From NCBI RefSeq assembly GCF_053165375.1, contig NZ_CP159209.1: a stretch of DNA of 32,000 bases; one strand, 5' to 3'. Made by a program: the position numbers and the translations under genes. Every line of letters begins with the position of its first letter. The stretch's first letter is position 1. The notes below the pieces were generated by a model that was given only the letters and a program-made list of their open reading frames with translations, searched no databases and had not been told where the DNA came from. Positions 1-12,505 of the stretch are shown piece by piece.

Positions 1-2
1 GC

Positions 3-116
3 GGCAAACCGACGCTGCTGGCGGTGGATGCCGGGCGTAAGCTGCTGCATCTGGCGTCCAAACCGACCTTCGCCAACCTCGACGCGTGGGTGAATGCGAT
101 GCTGGAGCAAGAATAA
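3..116 (+). CDS. lafT: C-terminal fragment of a MotA-like lateral flagellar stator protein (LafT), cut by the window edge
   Basis: Open frame from the window edge (GKPTLLAVDAGRKLLHLASKPTFANLDAWVNAMLEQE*) ending at TAA 114-116, immediately before lafU. Confidence 0.55.
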   Translation, partial: GKPTLLAVDAGRKLLHLASKPTFANLDAWVNAMLEQE

Positions 117-118
117 GC

Positions 119-1042
119 ATGAGAAAGACGGGCAACCGCCGCGAGCGTGGGGCAAAAACCACCATCGTCCGGCGGCAGATCAAAAAGAATCATGCCGGGC
201 ATCATGGCGGGGCGTGGAAGGTGGCGTTCGCCGACTTTACTTTGGCAATGATGGCGCTGTTTATGACCCTGTGGATTGTCAACAGCGTCAGTAAATCCGA
301 GCGTGAAAGCATTATCGCCGCGCTGCACGGGCAGTCGATTTTTAACGGTGGTGGGCTGTCGCCGTTAAATAAAATCAGCCCGTCTCATCCGCCAAAACCT
401 GCCACCGTGGCGGTGCCGGAAGAAACGGAGAAAAAAGCGCGTGATGTGAATGAGAAAACGGCGCTGCTGAAGAAGAAATCCGCCACCGAGCTTGGCGAGC
501 TGGCAACCAGTATCACCACCATTGCCCGTGATGCGCATATGGAAGCGAATCTGGAGATGGAGATTGTTCCCCAGGGATTACGCGTGCTGATTAAAGACGA
601 CCAGAATCGCAATATGTTCGAACGCGGCAGCGCGCAGATTATGCCGTTCTTTAAAACGCTGCTGGTGGAGCTCGCGCCAGTTTTCGACTCGCTCGATAAC
701 AAAATTATTATTACCGGGCATACCGATGCGATGGCTTACAAAAACAATATCTACAACAACTGGAACCTTTCGGGTGACCGCGCGCTTTCGGCTCGTCGGG
801 TGCTGGAAGAGGCCGGAATGCCGGAAGATAAAGTGATGCAGGTAAGCGCAATGGCGGACCAGATGCTGCTGGATTCCAAAAATCCGCAAAGCGCGGGCAA
901 CCGGCGCATTGAGATTATGGTGCTGACCAAAAGTGCGTCCGATACGCTGTATCAATACTTTGGTCAGCATGGGGATAAAGTGGTGCAGCCGCTGGTGCAA
1001 AAGCTGGATAAGCAGCAGGTGCTTTCGCAGCGAACGCGTTAA
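119..1042 (+). CDS. lafU: LafU, MotB-like lateral flagellar motor protein (OmpA-like peptidoglycan-binding domain)
   Basis: N-terminal TM segment (FADFTLAMMALFMTLWIVNSVS) and OmpA-like ITGHTDAMAYKN...NWNLSGDRALSARRVLEEAG...NRRIEI; located directly upstream of dinB. ATG 119 chosen rather than the track start at 86. Confidence 0.85.
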   Translation: MRKTGNRRERGAKTTIVRRQIKKNHAGHHGGAWKVAFADFTLAMMALFMTLWIVNSVSKSERESIIAALHGQSIFNGGGLSPLNKISPSHPPKPATVAVPEETEKKARDVNEKTALLKKKSATELGELATSITTIARDAHMEANLEMEIVPQGLRVLIKDDQNRNMFERGSAQIMPFFKTLLVELAPVFDSLDNKIIITGHTDAMAYKNNIYNNWNLSGDRALSARRVLEEAGMPEDKVMQVSAMADQMLLDSKNPQSAGNRRIEIMVLTKSASDTLYQYFGQHGDKVVQPLVQKLDKQQVLSQRTR

Positions 1043-1080
1043 ATGCTGAATCTTTACGCATTTCTCAAACCCTGAAATCA

Positions 1081-1096
1081 CTGTATACTTTACCAG
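1081..1096 (+). promoter_or_regulatory. LexA (SOS) box upstream of dinB
   Basis: CTGTATACTTTACCAG, near-consensus CTGT-N8-ACAG, 17 nt before the dinB ATG. Confidence 0.8.
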
Positions 1097-1112
1097 TGTT
1101 GAGAGGTGAGTA

Positions 1113-2168
1113 ATGCGTAAAATCATTCATGTGGATATGGACTGCTTTTTCGCAGCGGTGGAGATGCGCGACAATCCCGCCCTGCGCGATATCCCTATTG
1201 CTATTGGCGGCAGCCGCGAACGTCGGGGGGTGATCAGCACCGCCAATTATCCCGCGCGTAAATTTGGCGTACGTAGCGCTATGCCGACAGGGATGGCGCT
1301 CAAATTATGCCCGCATCTCACCTTGCTTCCGGGGCGCTTTGACGCCTACAAAGAAGCCTCAAATCATATCCGTGAAATCTTCTCGCGCTACACCTCGCGT
1401 ATTGAACCATTGTCACTGGATGAGGCTTATCTCGACGTCACCGATAGCGTCCATTGCCACGGTTCTGCGACCCTCATCGCCCAGGAAATCCGCCAGACGA
1501 TTTTCAGCGAGCTGCAACTGACAGCGTCTGCGGGCGTGGCACCAGTAAAGTTTCTCGCCAAAATCGCCTCCGACATGAATAAACCCAACGGTCAGTTTGT
1601 GATTACGCCGGCAGAAGTTCCGGCATTTTTACAAACCTTACCGCTGGCAAAAATCCCCGGCGTCGGCAAAGTCTCGGCGGCAAAACTGGAAGCGATGGGG
1701 CTGCGGACCTGCGGTGATGTACAAAAGTGTGATCTGGTGATACTGCTTAAACGCTTTGGCAAATTTGGCCGCATTTTGTGGGAGCGTAGTCAGGGGATTG
1801 ACGAGCGCGACGTTAACAGCGAACGGTTGCGAAAATCCGTCGGCGTGGAACGCACGATGGCGGAAGATATCCACCACTGGTCTGAATGTGAAGCGATTAT
1901 CGAGCGGCTGTATCCGGAACTTGAACGCCGTCTGGCAAAGGTAAAACCTGATTTACTGATTGCCCGCCAGGGGGTGAAATTAAAGTTCGACGATTTTCAG
2001 CAAACCACTCAGGAGCACGTCTGGCCGCGGCTGAATAAAGCTGACTTAATCGCCACCGCGCGTAAAACCTGGGATGAACGCCGCGGCGGGCGCGGTGTGC
2101 GACTGGTGGGGCTGCATGTGACGTTGCTTGACCCGCAAATGGAAAGACAACTGGTGCTGGGATTATGA
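1113..2168 (+). CDS. dinB: DNA polymerase IV (Y-family)
   Basis: [22 protein letters not shown]...[12 protein letters not shown]; full-length 351 aa. Confidence 0.97.
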   Translation: MRKIIHVDMDCFFAAVEMRDNPALRDIPIAIGGSRERRGVISTANYPARKFGVRSAMPTGMALKLCPHLTLLPGRFDAYKEASNHIREIFSRYTSRIEPLSLDEAYLDVTDSVHCHGSATLIAQEIRQTIFSELQLTASAGVAPVKFLAKIASDMNKPNGQFVITPAEVPAFLQTLPLAKIPGVGKVSAAKLEAMGLRTCGDVQKCDLVILLKRFGKFGRILWERSQGIDERDVNSERLRKSVGVERTMAEDIHHWSECEAIIERLYPELERRLAKVKPDLLIARQGVKLKFDDFQQTTQEHVWPRLNKADLIATARKTWDERRGGRGVRLVGLHVTLLDPQMERQLVLGL

Positions 2169-2617
2169 ATAACATACAAATAAGAGACTATCAGCCTGGC
2201 GATTTTCAGCAACTATGCGCTATTTTCATTAGAGCGGTTACGATGACTGCCAGTCAGCATTATTCACCACAACAAATTGCCGCCTGGGCGCAGATTGACG
2301 AATCTCGCTGGAAGGAGAAACTCGCGAAATCACAAGTGCGGGTTGCAGTCATTAATGCAAAACTGGTCGGCTTTATTACCTGCGTTGAACACTATATCGA
2401 TATGTTATTTGTTGACCCTGAATACACCCGCCGTGGGGTTGCCAGCGCTTTGTTAAAACCTTTGATTAAGTCTGAATCCGAACTTACGGTGGACGCAAGC
2501 ATAACCGCAAAACCCTTTTTTGAACGTTATGGTTTTCAGACAGTTAAGCAGCAACGCGTTGAATGTCGGGGAGAGTGGTTTATTAATTTTTATATGCGTT
2601 ATAAACAGCAACATTAA
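2165..2617 (+). CDS. yafP: YafP-like GNAT acetyltransferase, overlapping the dinB stop
   Basis: [43 protein letters not shown]...[16 protein letters not shown]; GNAT acetyl-CoA motif. Confidence 0.9.
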   Translation: MNNIQIRDYQPGDFQQLCAIFIRAVTMTASQHYSPQQIAAWAQIDESRWKEKLAKSQVRVAVINAKLVGFITCVEHYIDMLFVDPEYTRRGVASALLKPLIKSESELTVDASITAKPFFERYGFQTVKQQRVECRGEWFINFYMRYKQQH

Positions 2618-2862
2618 ATCCAGCTTGCAATGAAAATAACGCAAGCCTAGTATGTGCGCGTTTTCTTATTCCACAAACTGCAAGGAGGTAAATCATGACA
2701 AATCCTTTATCAATGACTCTTTGCAGACCTTTCCAGGATTAATTCTTTTTTTCTTGCCCTGGATTCGTCTGCCATTTCCTGATTTTTTAATTGTTACTCT
2801 CAATAATTCAAGTCGCAACACATGCAACTTGAAGTATGACGAGTCTATTTACGGAATGGTAT

Positions 2863-4002
2863 ATGGGCAATTATATTCGTCCCTTATCCGATGCGGTATT
2901 TACCATCGCATCTGATGACCTGTGGATCGAGAGTTTAGCGATCCAACAATTACACACCACGGCAAATTTACCCAACATGCAGCGCGTAGTGGGGATGCCA
3001 GATTTACATCCCGGACGCGGCTATCCGATTGGCGCAGCGTTCTTCTCTGTTGGTCGTTTTTATCCGGCACTGGTCGGCAATGATATCGGCTGCGGTATGG
3101 CGCTATGGCAAACAGATATTCTCACTCGCAAATACAACGCCGATAAGTTTGAAAAGCGATTATCAGATCTGGATGACGTTGCTGAAGAAAGCTGGCTGGA
3201 GGAAAACCTGCCGTCAGCATTTGCACAGCATCCGTGGCGCAGCTCGCTTGGCTCTATCGGTGGCGGCAATCATTTCGCTGAACTGCAACAAGTTGATCAA
3301 ATCATCAACGCTGAACTGTTTGCACTGGCAGGTCTGGATGCACAACATCTGCAACTGTTGGTTCATAGCGGCTCGCGGGGGGTGGGGCAGTCTATTTTAC
3401 AGCGGCATATTGCCTCGTTCTCGCATCATGGTTTGCCTCAAGGCAGTGACGACGCGCTACGGTATATTGCGGAACATGACGATGCGCTGGCGTTTGCGTG
3501 TATTAATCGCCAGATGATCGCTTTGCGCATAATGCAACAAGTTAAGGCCACGGGAAGTCCGGTTCTGGATGTGGCGCATAACTTTGTTAGCGCGTGTCAA
3601 ATCGGCGATCAACAGGGCTGGTTGCATCGTAAAGGTGCCACGCCGGATGACAACGGTCTGGTGATTATTCCCGGTTCACGTGGTGATTACTCCTGGATTG
3701 TACAGCCTGTTGCGAACGAAAAAACGCTCCACTCGCTGGCGCATGGGGCAGGGCGTAAATGGGGGCGCACCGAGTGTAAAGGGCGTCTGGCAGCGAAATA
3801 CACGGCGACGCAACTCTCGCGTACTGAACTTGGCAGTCGGGTAATTTGTCGCGATAAACAACTCATCTTTGAAGAAGCGCCACAAGCCTATAAATCGGCT
3901 GAAAGCGTGGTGCAATGTCTGGTGCAGGCCGGTTTAATTATTCCTGTCGCGCGGCTGCGTCCGGTGCTAACGCTCAAAAACAGTGGAGGGAAAAAAGGAT
4001 GA
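2863..4002 (+). CDS. RtcB-family RNA ligase (RtcB2 type, paired with PrfH)
   Basis: [73 protein letters not shown] are RtcB signature blocks. ATG 2863 is a more likely start than 2836. Confidence 0.93.
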   Translation: MGNYIRPLSDAVFTIASDDLWIESLAIQQLHTTANLPNMQRVVGMPDLHPGRGYPIGAAFFSVGRFYPALVGNDIGCGMALWQTDILTRKYNADKFEKRLSDLDDVAEESWLEENLPSAFAQHPWRSSLGSIGGGNHFAELQQVDQIINAELFALAGLDAQHLQLLVHSGSRGVGQSILQRHIASFSHHGLPQGSDDALRYIAEHDDALAFACINRQMIALRIMQQVKATGSPVLDVAHNFVSACQIGDQQGWLHRKGATPDDNGLVIIPGSRGDYSWIVQPVANEKTLHSLAHGAGRKWGRTECKGRLAAKYTATQLSRTELGSRVICRDKQLIFEEAPQAYKSAESVVQCLVQAGLIIPVARLRPVLTLKNSGGKKG

Positions 4003-4613
4003 TCTTGCTACAACTCTCCTCAGCGCAGGGGCCGGAAGAATGTTGTCTCGCAGTGAAAAAGGCGCTGGACAGGCTAATTAAAGAAGCTGCCCGACAAGAC
4101 GTCGCGGTAACGGTGTTGGAAACAGAAACGGGCCGCTACTCTGACACGCTGCGTTCAGCTCTGGTTTCTCTGGATGGCGATAACGCATGGGCATTAAGCG
4201 AAAGCTGGTGCGGCACTATTCAGTGGATTTGTCCGAGTCCGTATCGGCCTCATCATGGGCGCAAAAACTGGTTTCTGGGCATTGGGCGTTTTACCGCTGA
4301 TGAGCAGGAACAATCGGATGCAATCCGTTATGAGACGTTGCGTTCGTCGGGGCCGGGCGGTCAACATGTCAATAAAACCGACTCGGCGGTACGCGCCACG
4401 CATTTGGCATCCGGTATTAGCGTGAAGGTTCAGTCAGAGCGTAGTCAGCATGCTAACAAGCGGCTGGCACGATTGCTGATTGCCTGGAAGCTGGAGCAGC
4501 AGCAACAGGAAAATAGCGCGGTGCTGAAATCGCAGCGGCGAATGTTCCATCACCAGATTGAACGTGGCAACCCGAGACGGACATTTACAGGGATGGCTTT
4601 TATCGAAGGATAA
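3999..4613 (+). CDS. prfH: PrfH, peptide chain release factor homolog, apparently full length (204 aa)
   Basis: ATGA overlap with the rtcB-like stop, SD-like GGAGGG upstream; GGQ motif in [22 protein letters not shown]. Confidence 0.93.
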   Translation: MILLQLSSAQGPEECCLAVKKALDRLIKEAARQDVAVTVLETETGRYSDTLRSALVSLDGDNAWALSESWCGTIQWICPSPYRPHHGRKNWFLGIGRFTADEQEQSDAIRYETLRSSGPGGQHVNKTDSAVRATHLASGISVKVQSERSQHANKRLARLLIAWKLEQQQQENSAVLKSQRRMFHHQIERGNPRRTFTGMAFIEG

Positions 4614-4625
4614 TGAAGGATGAAA

Positions 4626-4656
4626 CTGCCGGAAGGCGATTAAACGCCATCCGGCA
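4626..4656. repeat. REP/BIME-type palindrome, possible bidirectional terminator between prfH and pepD
   Basis: CTGCCGGAAGGCG-ATTAAA-CGCCATCCGGCAG. Confidence 0.8.
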
Positions 4657-4669
4657 GCAAATCAAATAA

Positions 4670-6127
4670 TTACTTCGCCGGAATTTCTTTCAGCAGTTCA
4701 GTCAGCAGTGTCCAGTAATGACCTACGCTTTCGATGTGAACTTGCTCATCCGGAGAGTGTGGACCGGTGATAGTTGGCCCGATAGAAACCATGTCCATTT
4801 CCGGATACGGTTTTTTGAACAGACCACATTCTAGGCCCGCGTGGATAATCTGGATGTTCGGTGTTTTGTTGAACAGACGCTGATAGGTTTCACGTACCAG
4901 ATGCATCACCGGAGAATTAGCGTCCGGCTGCCAGCCAGGATATGCGCCTTTCGCTTCGGTTTTCGCGCCAGCTAGTTTACCCAGCGAATCCAGCATGCTC
5001 ACCACGTAGTCTTTACCGCTGTCGATCAGTGAACGGATCAGGCAGTGAATTTCTACGTTATTGTCAGTCATGGTCACCACACCGACGTTCAGGGAGGTTT
5101 CGACCACACCTTTTGCCACGTCGGAATTGCGGATCACACCGTTCGGGGTGGCGTTCAGCAGACGAATAAAGGTATCGCGAGATTTCGCAATCAGGGCAGC
5201 TTTATCGTTCGCTACAGAGTCCAGCAACAAGGCCAGATTTTTCTCTTTCTCTGCCAGCTCGTTTTTCAGGATCTCCTGATAGGTATTCACCAGAGATTTC
5301 AGGACGTCGACTTTATCAGCTGCGACAGCAATGGTCGCAAAGGCTTCACGCGGGATGGCGTTACGCAGTGTGCCGCCGTTGAAATCGATAAGGCGCAGAT
5401 CCAGTTCTTCCGCATGACCCGCCAGGAAGCGCACCAGTAGTTTGTTGGCATTACCCAGGCCAACGTGGATTTCACCGCCGGAGTGACCGCCTTTCAGACC
5501 TTTTAAGGTTAACTTGAAGGTTTCAAAACCAGCTGGAACCGCTTCACGATCTAAATGCAGGTTGGAGGTGAAGTCGATACCCCCCGCACAACCCATGTAG
5601 ATTTCACCTTCTTCTTCGGAGTCGGTGTTAATCAGAATATCAGCCTGCAACCAGTTGCTCTGTAAGCCGAACGCACCGTCCATACCGGCTTCTTCGGTCA
5701 TGGTCAGCAGCACTTCCAGCGGGCCGTGAACCACGTTTTCGTCAGCCAGAACCGCCAGCGCAGACGCCATACCAATGCCGTTATCTGCACCCAGCGTGGT
5801 GCCGCGCGCTTTAACCCATTCGCCATCAATATAAGGCTGGATAGGATCTTTCGTGAAGTCATGCACGGTGTCGTTATTTTTCTGCGGCACCATATCGAGG
5901 TGGGCCTGTAAGACGACCGGTTTACGATTTTCCATACCTGCGGTAGCAGGTTTACGAATCAGGATATTACCTACCTGATCGCGTTCGACATGGAAACCTT
6001 TCTCTTTTGCCCAACCAACAATGTATTCAGCGAGTTGCTCTTCATGATAGGACGGGTGAGGAATAGAACAGATTTTGGCAAAAATATCCCACAGCGGCTG
6101 TGGAGATAATTGAGACAGTTCAGACAC
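4670..6127 (-). CDS. pepD: Aminoacyl-histidine dipeptidase (peptidase D)
   Basis: MSELSQLSPQPLWDIFAKICSIPHPSYHEEQL...VVLQAHLDMVPQK; M20 family, 485 aa. Confidence 0.97.
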   Translation of the reverse strand: MSELSQLSPQPLWDIFAKICSIPHPSYHEEQLAEYIVGWAKEKGFHVERDQVGNILIRKPATAGMENRKPVVLQAHLDMVPQKNNDTVHDFTKDPIQPYIDGEWVKARGTTLGADNGIGMASALAVLADENVVHGPLEVLLTMTEEAGMDGAFGLQSNWLQADILINTDSEEEGEIYMGCAGGIDFTSNLHLDREAVPAGFETFKLTLKGLKGGHSGGEIHVGLGNANKLLVRFLAGHAEELDLRLIDFNGGTLRNAIPREAFATIAVAADKVDVLKSLVNTYQEILKNELAEKEKNLALLLDSVANDKAALIAKSRDTFIRLLNATPNGVIRNSDVAKGVVETSLNVGVVTMTDNNVEIHCLIRSLIDSGKDYVVSMLDSLGKLAGAKTEAKGAYPGWQPDANSPVMHLVRETYQRLFNKTPNIQIIHAGLECGLFKKPYPEMDMVSIGPTITGPHSPDEQVHIESVGHYWTLLTELLKEIPAK

Positions 6128-6387
6128 GTTAAGTCTCCTTGTCGATCACCCGCAAAACAGTATTGCAGGTCACAGGGTTAGCAGAAAATGTTGTCAACAC
6201 AAGACAGGCTTGCGAGATATGTTTGAGAATACCACTTTATCCCGCGTCAGGGAGAGGCAGTGCGTAAAAAGACGCGGACTCATGTGAAATACTGGTTTTT
6301 AGTGCGCCAGATCTCTATAATCTCGCGCAACCTATTTTCCCCTCGAACACTTTTTAAGCCGTAGATAAACAGGCTGGGACACTTCAC

Positions 6388-6846
6388 ATGAGCGAAAAAT
6401 ACATCGTCACCTGGGACATGTTGCAGATCCATGCACGTAAACTCGCAAGCCGACTGATGCCTTCTGAACAATGGAAAGGCATTATTGCCGTAAGCCGTGG
6501 CGGTCTGGTACCGGGTGCGTTACTGGCGCGTGAACTGGGTATTCGTCATGTCGATACCGTTTGTATTTCCAGCTACGATCACGACAACCAGCGCGAGCTT
6601 AAAGTGCTAAAACGCGCAGAAGGCGATGGCGAAGGCTTCATCGTTATTGATGACCTGGTGGATACCGGTGGTACTGCGGTTGCGATTCGTGAAATGTATC
6701 CAAAAGCACATTTTGTGACTATCTTCGCAAAACCGGCTGGTCGTCCGCTGGTTGATGACTATGTTGTTGATATCCCGCAAGATACCTGGATCGAACAGCC
6801 GTGGGATATGGGCGTCGTATTCGTCCCGCCAATCTCCGGTCGCTAA
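6388..6846 (+). CDS. gpt: Xanthine-guanine phosphoribosyltransferase
   Basis: [31 protein letters not shown]...[16 protein letters not shown]-binding loop; 152 aa. Confidence 0.97.
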
Positions 6847-6853
6847 TCTTTTC

Positions 6854-6886
6854 AACGCCTGGCACTGCCGGGCGTTGTTCTTTTTA
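6854..6886 (+). terminator. Hairpin terminator after gpt
   Basis: AACGCCTGGCACTGCCGGGCGTT followed by GTTCTTTTT. Confidence 0.65.
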
Positions 6887-6937
6887 ACTTCAGGCGGGTT
6901 ACAATAGTTTCCAGTAAGTATTCTGGAGGCTGCATCC

Positions 6938-8182
6938 ATGACACAGGCAAACCTGAGCGAAACCCTGTTCAAACCCCGCTTTAAACATCCTGAAACCTCG
7001 ACGCTAGTCCGCCGCTTTAATCACGGCGCACAACCGCCTGTGCAGTCGGCTCTTGATGGTAAAACCATCCCTCACTGGTATCGCATGATTAACCGTCTGA
7101 TGTGGATCTGGCGCGGCATTGACCCACGTGAAATCCTCGACGTCCAGGCACGTATTGTGATGAGCGATGCTGAACGTACCGATGATGATTTATACGATAC
7201 CGTGATTGGCTACCGTGGTGGCAACTGGATTTATGAGTGGGCCACCCAGGCGATGGTGTGGCAACAAAAAGCCTGTGCGGAAGAAGATCCGCAACTCAGT
7301 GGTCGACACTGGCTGCATGCGGCTACGTTGTACAACATTGCCGCCTATCCTCATCTGAAAGGAGATGACCTGGCCGAGCAAGCGCAGGCTTTATCAAACC
7401 GCGCCTATGAAGAGGCCGCCCAGCGTCTGCCGGGCACGATGCGGCAGATGGAGTTTACCGTACCCGGCGGTGCGCCCATCACCGGCTTTTTGCATATGCC
7501 GAAAGGCGATGGCCCGTTCCCGACAGTATTAATGTGTGGTGGTCTGGATGCGATGCAGACGGACTATTACAGCCTGTATGAACGTTATTTTGCGCCGCGC
7601 GGCATTGCGATGCTGACTATTGATATGCCGTCGGTGGGCTTTTCTTCAAAATGGAAGCTCACCCAGGACTCCAGCCTGTTGCATCAGCACGTCTTAAAGG
7701 CGCTGCCTAACGTACCGTGGGTGGATCACACTCGCGTCGCGGCCTTTGGTTTCCGTTTCGGCGCTAACGTTGCCGTGCGTCTGGCATACCTTGAATCGCC
7801 GCGTCTGAAAGCGGTTGCCTGTCTTGGTCCGGTAGTTCATACCCTGTTGAGTGATTTTAAGTGCCAGCAACAGGTGCCGGAAATGTATCTTGACGTTCTG
7901 GCGAGTCGTTTGGGGATGCATGATGCTTCCGATGACGCGTTGCGCGTGGAGCTGAATCGCTATTCATTAAAAGTGCAAGGATTGCTGGGACGTCGCTGCC
8001 CAACGCCAATGTTATCAGGCTACTGGAAGAACGATCCGTTCAGCCCGGAAGAGGACTCACGCTTAATCACCTCATCATCTGCTGACGGTAAATTATTAGA
8101 GATCCCATTTAACCCGGTGTATCGGAATTTTGACAAAGGTCTTCAGGAAATCACCGGCTGGATCGAAAAACGCTTGTGTTAA
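6938..8182 (+). CDS. frsA: FrsA (YafA) alpha/beta-hydrolase-like protein
   Basis: 414 aa, [27 protein letters not shown]..., synteny gpt-frsA-crl. Confidence 0.95.
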   Translation: MTQANLSETLFKPRFKHPETSTLVRRFNHGAQPPVQSALDGKTIPHWYRMINRLMWIWRGIDPREILDVQARIVMSDAERTDDDLYDTVIGYRGGNWIYEWATQAMVWQQKACAEEDPQLSGRHWLHAATLYNIAAYPHLKGDDLAEQAQALSNRAYEEAAQRLPGTMRQMEFTVPGGAPITGFLHMPKGDGPFPTVLMCGGLDAMQTDYYSLYERYFAPRGIAMLTIDMPSVGFSSKWKLTQDSSLLHQHVLKALPNVPWVDHTRVAAFGFRFGANVAVRLAYLESPRLKAVACLGPVVHTLLSDFKCQQQVPEMYLDVLASRLGMHDASDDALRVELNRYSLKVQGLLGRRCPTPMLSGYWKNDPFSPEEDSRLITSSSADGKLLEIPFNPVYRNFDKGLQEITGWIEKRLC

Positions 8183-8641
<459 letters not shown>

Positions 8642-8649
8642 GTGAAATG

Positions 8650-8672
8650 TGCCGGATGCATCACATCCGGCA
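8650..8672. repeat. REP-type palindrome between crl and phoE
   Basis: TGCCGGATG-CATCA-CATCCGGCA. Confidence 0.75.
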
Positions 8673-8679
8673 ATAATCA

Positions 8680-9741
8680 TTAAAACTGATAGGTCATGCC
8701 AACCGCGACAATATCATCATTATTAATATTCAATTTGTTATCGCTATCCAGTTGGTTGATTTTATAATCAACAAACGCTGACATATTTTTGTTGAAATAA
8801 TATGTAGCCCCGACATCGATATAATTGACCAGATCTTCATCACCGATACCTTCAATATCTTTCCCTTTCGATAAGACATAACCCAGCGATGGACGCAGAC
8901 CAAAGTCAAACTGGTATTGAGCGACCGCTTCAAAGTTCTGTGTCTTATTGGCAAAGCCGCCAGTTATTGGCGTCATTTTGCGTGTTTCAGAATAAAAAGT
9001 TGCCAGATAAATATTATTGGCATCGTATTTCAGACCTGTTGCCCATGCTTCTGCACGCTTGCCTGTGCCACGGCTTTGCAGGTTCTGCTCGTTGGTGCGA
9101 TCTGAGTTGGTATAGGCCCCACTAATGGCGAAATCGCTGCCGCCAAAGTCATATGTCAATGACGTGCCGAAGCCATCGCCGTTTTGCTTTTTAACGTCGC
9201 GGTTTTCGTTTTTCCCTTGATATTGCAGGGTTAAGTTCAGGCCATCGATAACGCCGAAGAAGTCGGTGTTCCGATACGTCGCCAGACCGCTGGCGCGTTT
9301 GGTCATAAAGTTGTCGGTCTGCGCCGAGGAGTCGCCACCAAATTCCGGGAACATATCGGTCCAGGCTTCCACGTCATACAACGCGCCCAGGTTACGGCCA
9401 TAGTCGAAAGAACCCAAATCTTTATACTTCAATCCGGCAAAAGCGAGACGCGTTTTTTGCTGTGCAGTATCACTCTCCGCTTTATTTCCGGCAAACTCCG
9501 CTTCCCAACGGCCATAGCCAGTCAGTTGATCGTTAATTTGTGTTTCGCCTTTAAAACCAAAACGGATATAACTCTGGTCGCCATCTTTACTGTCGTTATC
9601 ACTCATATAATGCATGGCTTTAACTTTGCCATAGACATCCAGTTTATTACCGTCTTTGTTATATATTTCTGCGGCCTGTACGGATGCAGATGCCACAATG
9701 CCCATCACCACTAATGCCAGAGTGCTCTTTTTCATTTTCAT
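8680..9741 (-). CDS. phoE: Outer membrane phosphoporin PhoE
   Basis: [43 protein letters not shown]...VGMTYQF; general porin. Confidence 0.97.
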   Translation of the reverse strand: MKMKKSTLALVVMGIVASASVQAAEIYNKDGNKLDVYGKVKAMHYMSDNDSKDGDQSYIRFGFKGETQINDQLTGYGRWEAEFAGNKAESDTAQQKTRLAFAGLKYKDLGSFDYGRNLGALYDVEAWTDMFPEFGGDSSAQTDNFMTKRASGLATYRNTDFFGVIDGLNLTLQYQGKNENRDVKKQNGDGFGTSLTYDFGGSDFAISGAYTNSDRTNEQNLQSRGTGKRAEAWATGLKYDANNIYLATFYSETRKMTPITGGFANKTQNFEAVAQYQFDFGLRPSLGYVLSKGKDIEGIGDEDLVNYIDVGATYYFNKNMSAFVDYKINQLDSDNKLNINNDDIVAVGMTYQF

Positions 9742-9807
9742 TCCTGATTTTAATTAACGCGCGAATATTCAGCGGGAGAGCCCCGTTGAAAACAGGAAAG
9801 TTTTTAA

Positions 9808-9834
9808 CCTGAGATTGTTAAAGATATATTACAG
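9808..9834 (-). promoter_or_regulatory. Pho-box region of phoE
   Basis: Reverse complement reads CTGTAATATATCTTTAACAATCTCAGG, upstream of phoE, matching the known phoE pho-box arrangement. Confidence 0.7.
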
Positions 9835-10022
9835 ATTAATAATATTCTTAAAATGTGGTAATTTATTAAATCTGTAATAAAAGCGTAAACAACTGCCGCT
9901 AGGCTTGCTGATCCCGCGCAACAAAACGCCATGCTTTGCTTGCAGATGGTTGGCAACCGACGACAGTCCTGCTAAAACGTTCGTTTGATATCATTTTTCC
10001 TAAAATTGAATGGCAGAGAATC

Positions 10023-11126
10023 ATGAGTGACAGCCAGACGCTGGTGGTAAAACTCGGCACCAGTGTGCTAACAGGCGGATCGCGCCGTCTGAACCGTGCC
10101 CATATCGTTGAACTTGTTCGCCAGTGCGCGCAGTTACATGCCGCCGGGCATCGGATTGTTATTGTGACGTCGGGCGCGATCGCCGCCGGACGTGAGCACC
10201 TGGGGTACCCGGAACTGCCAGCGACTATCGCCTCGAAACAACTGCTGGCGGCGGTAGGGCAGAGTCGACTGATTCAACTGTGGGAACAGCTGTTTTCGAT
10301 TTATGGCATTCACGTCGGGCAGATGCTGCTGACCCGTGCTGATATGGAAGACCGTGAACGCTTCCTGAACGCCCGCGACACCCTGCGTGCGTTGCTCGAT
10401 AACAATATCGTTCCGGTAATCAATGAGAACGATGCTGTCGCTACGGCAGAGATTAAGGTCGGCGATAACGATAACCTTTCTGCGCTGGCGGCGATTCTGG
10501 CGGGTGCCGATAAACTGTTGCTGCTGACCGATCAAAAAGGTTTGTATACCGCTGATCCGCGCAGCAATCCGCAGGCAGAACTGATTAAAGATGTTTACGG
10601 CATTGATGACGCACTGCGCGCGATTGCCGGTGACAGCGTTTCAGGCCTCGGAACTGGCGGCATGAGTACCAAATTGCAGGCCGCTGACGTGGCTTGCCGT
10701 GCGGGTATCGACACCATTATTGCCGCGGGCAGCAAGCCGGGCGTTATTGGTGATGTGATGGAAGGCATTTCCGTCGGTACGCTGTTCCATGCCCAGGCGA
10801 CTCCGCTTGAAAACCGTAAACGCTGGATTTTCGGTGCGCCGCCGGCGGGTGAAATCACGGTAGATGAAGGGGCAACTGCCGCCATTCTTGAACGCGGCAG
10901 CTCCCTGTTGCCGAAAGGCATTAAAAGCGTGACTGGCAATTTCTCGCGTGGTGAAGTCATCCGCATTTGCAACCTCGAAGGTCGCGATATCGCCCACGGC
11001 GTCAGTCGTTACAACAGCGATGCATTACGCCGTATTGCCGGGCACCACTCGCAAGAAATTGATGCAATACTGGGATATGAATACGGCCCGGTTGCCGTTC
11101 ACCGTGATGACATGATTACCCGTTAA
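10023..11126 (+). CDS. proB: Glutamate 5-kinase
   Basis: [43 protein letters not shown]...; start placed at ATG 10023. Confidence 0.97.
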
Positions 11127-11137
11127 GGAGCAGGCTG

Positions 11138-12391
11138 ATGCTGGAACAAATGGGCATTGCCGCGAAGCAAGCCTCGTATAAATTAGCGCAACTCTCCAGC
11201 CGCGAAAAAAATCGCGTGCTGGAAAAAATCGCCGATGAACTGGAAGCACAAAGCGAAATCATCCTCAACGCTAACGCCCAGGATGTTGCTGACGCGCGTG
11301 CCAATGGCCTTGGCGAAGCGATGCTTGACCGTCTGGCACTGACGCCCGCACGGCTGAAAGGCATTGCCGATGATGTGCGCCAGGTGTGTAACCTCGCCGA
11401 TCCGGTGGGGCAGGTAATCGATGGCAGCGTACTGGACAGCGGCCTGCGTCTTGAGCGTCGTCGCGTACCGCTGGGGGTTATTGGCGTGATTTATGAAGCG
11501 CGCCCGAACGTGACGGTTGATGTCGCTTCGCTGTGCCTGAAAACCGGTAATGCGGTGATCCTGCGCGGTGGCAAAGAAACGTGTCGCACTAACGCTGCAA
11601 CGGTGGCGGTGATTCAGGACGCCCTGAAATCCTGCGGCTTACCGGCGGGTGCCGTGCAGGCGATTGATAATCCTGACCGTGCGCTGGTCAGTGAAATGCT
11701 GCGTATGGATAAATACATCGACATGCTGATCCCGCGTGGTGGCGCTGGTTTGCATAAACTGTGCCGTGAACAGTCGACAATCCCGGTGATCACAGGTGGT
11801 ATAGGCGTATGCCATATTTACGTTGATGAAAGTGTAGAGATCGCTGAAGCATTAAAAGTGATCGTCAACGCGAAAACTCAGCGTCCGAGCACATGTAATA
11901 CGGTTGAAACGTTGCTGGTGAATAAAAACATCGCCGATAGCTTCCTGCCCGCATTAAGCAAACAAATGGCGGAAAGCGGCGTGACATTACACGCAGATGC
12001 AGCTGCACTGGCGCAGTTGCAGGCAGGCCCTGCGAAGGTGGTTGCTGTTAAAGCCGAAGAGTATGACGATGAGTTTCTGTCATTAGATTTGAACGTCAAA
12101 ATCGTCAGCGATCTTGACGATGCCATCGCCCATATTCGTGAACACGGCACACAACACTCCGATGCGATCCTGACCCGCGATATGCGCAACGCCCAGCGTT
12201 TTGTTAACGAAGTGGATTCGTCCGCTGTTTACGTTAACGCCTCTACGCGTTTTACCGACGGCGGCCAGTTTGGTCTGGGTGCGGAAGTGGCGGTAAGCAC
12301 ACAAAAACTCCACGCGCGTGGCCCAATGGGGCTGGAAGCACTGACCACTTACAAGTGGATCGGCATTGGTGATTACACCATTCGTGCGTAA
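11138..12391 (+). CDS. proA: Gamma-glutamyl phosphate reductase
   Basis: [36 protein letters not shown]...; 417 aa following proB. Confidence 0.97.
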   Translation: MLEQMGIAAKQASYKLAQLSSREKNRVLEKIADELEAQSEIILNANAQDVADARANGLGEAMLDRLALTPARLKGIADDVRQVCNLADPVGQVIDGSVLDSGLRLERRRVPLGVIGVIYEARPNVTVDVASLCLKTGNAVILRGGKETCRTNAATVAVIQDALKSCGLPAGAVQAIDNPDRALVSEMLRMDKYIDMLIPRGGAGLHKLCREQSTIPVITGGIGVCHIYVDESVEIAEALKVIVNAKTQRPSTCNTVETLLVNKNIADSFLPALSKQMAESGVTLHADAAALAQLQAGPAKVVAVKAEEYDDEFLSLDLNVKIVSDLDDAIAHIREHGTQHSDAILTRDMRNAQRFVNEVDSSAVYVNASTRFTDGGQFGLGAEVAVSTQKLHARGPMGLEALTTYKWIGIGDYTIRA

Positions 12392-12505
12392 ATAAAACCG
12401 GGTGATGCAAAAGTAGCCATTTGATTCACAAGGCCATTGACGCATCGCCCGGTTAGTTTTAACCTTGTCCACCGTGATTCACGTTCGTGAACATGTCCTT
12501 TCAGG

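Noticed and set aside
578-1126. 182-aa minus-strand ORF inside lafU
   Set aside because: Antisense to a well-supported MotB-like CDS; composition typical of shadow ORFs.
4626-4656. Novel palindrome after prfH
   Set aside because: Matches the common enterobacterial REP/BIME consensus, so ordinary.
10134-11364. Several minus-strand ORFs across proB/proA
   Set aside because: Shadow ORFs opposite conserved enzymes; no RBS or family resemblance.
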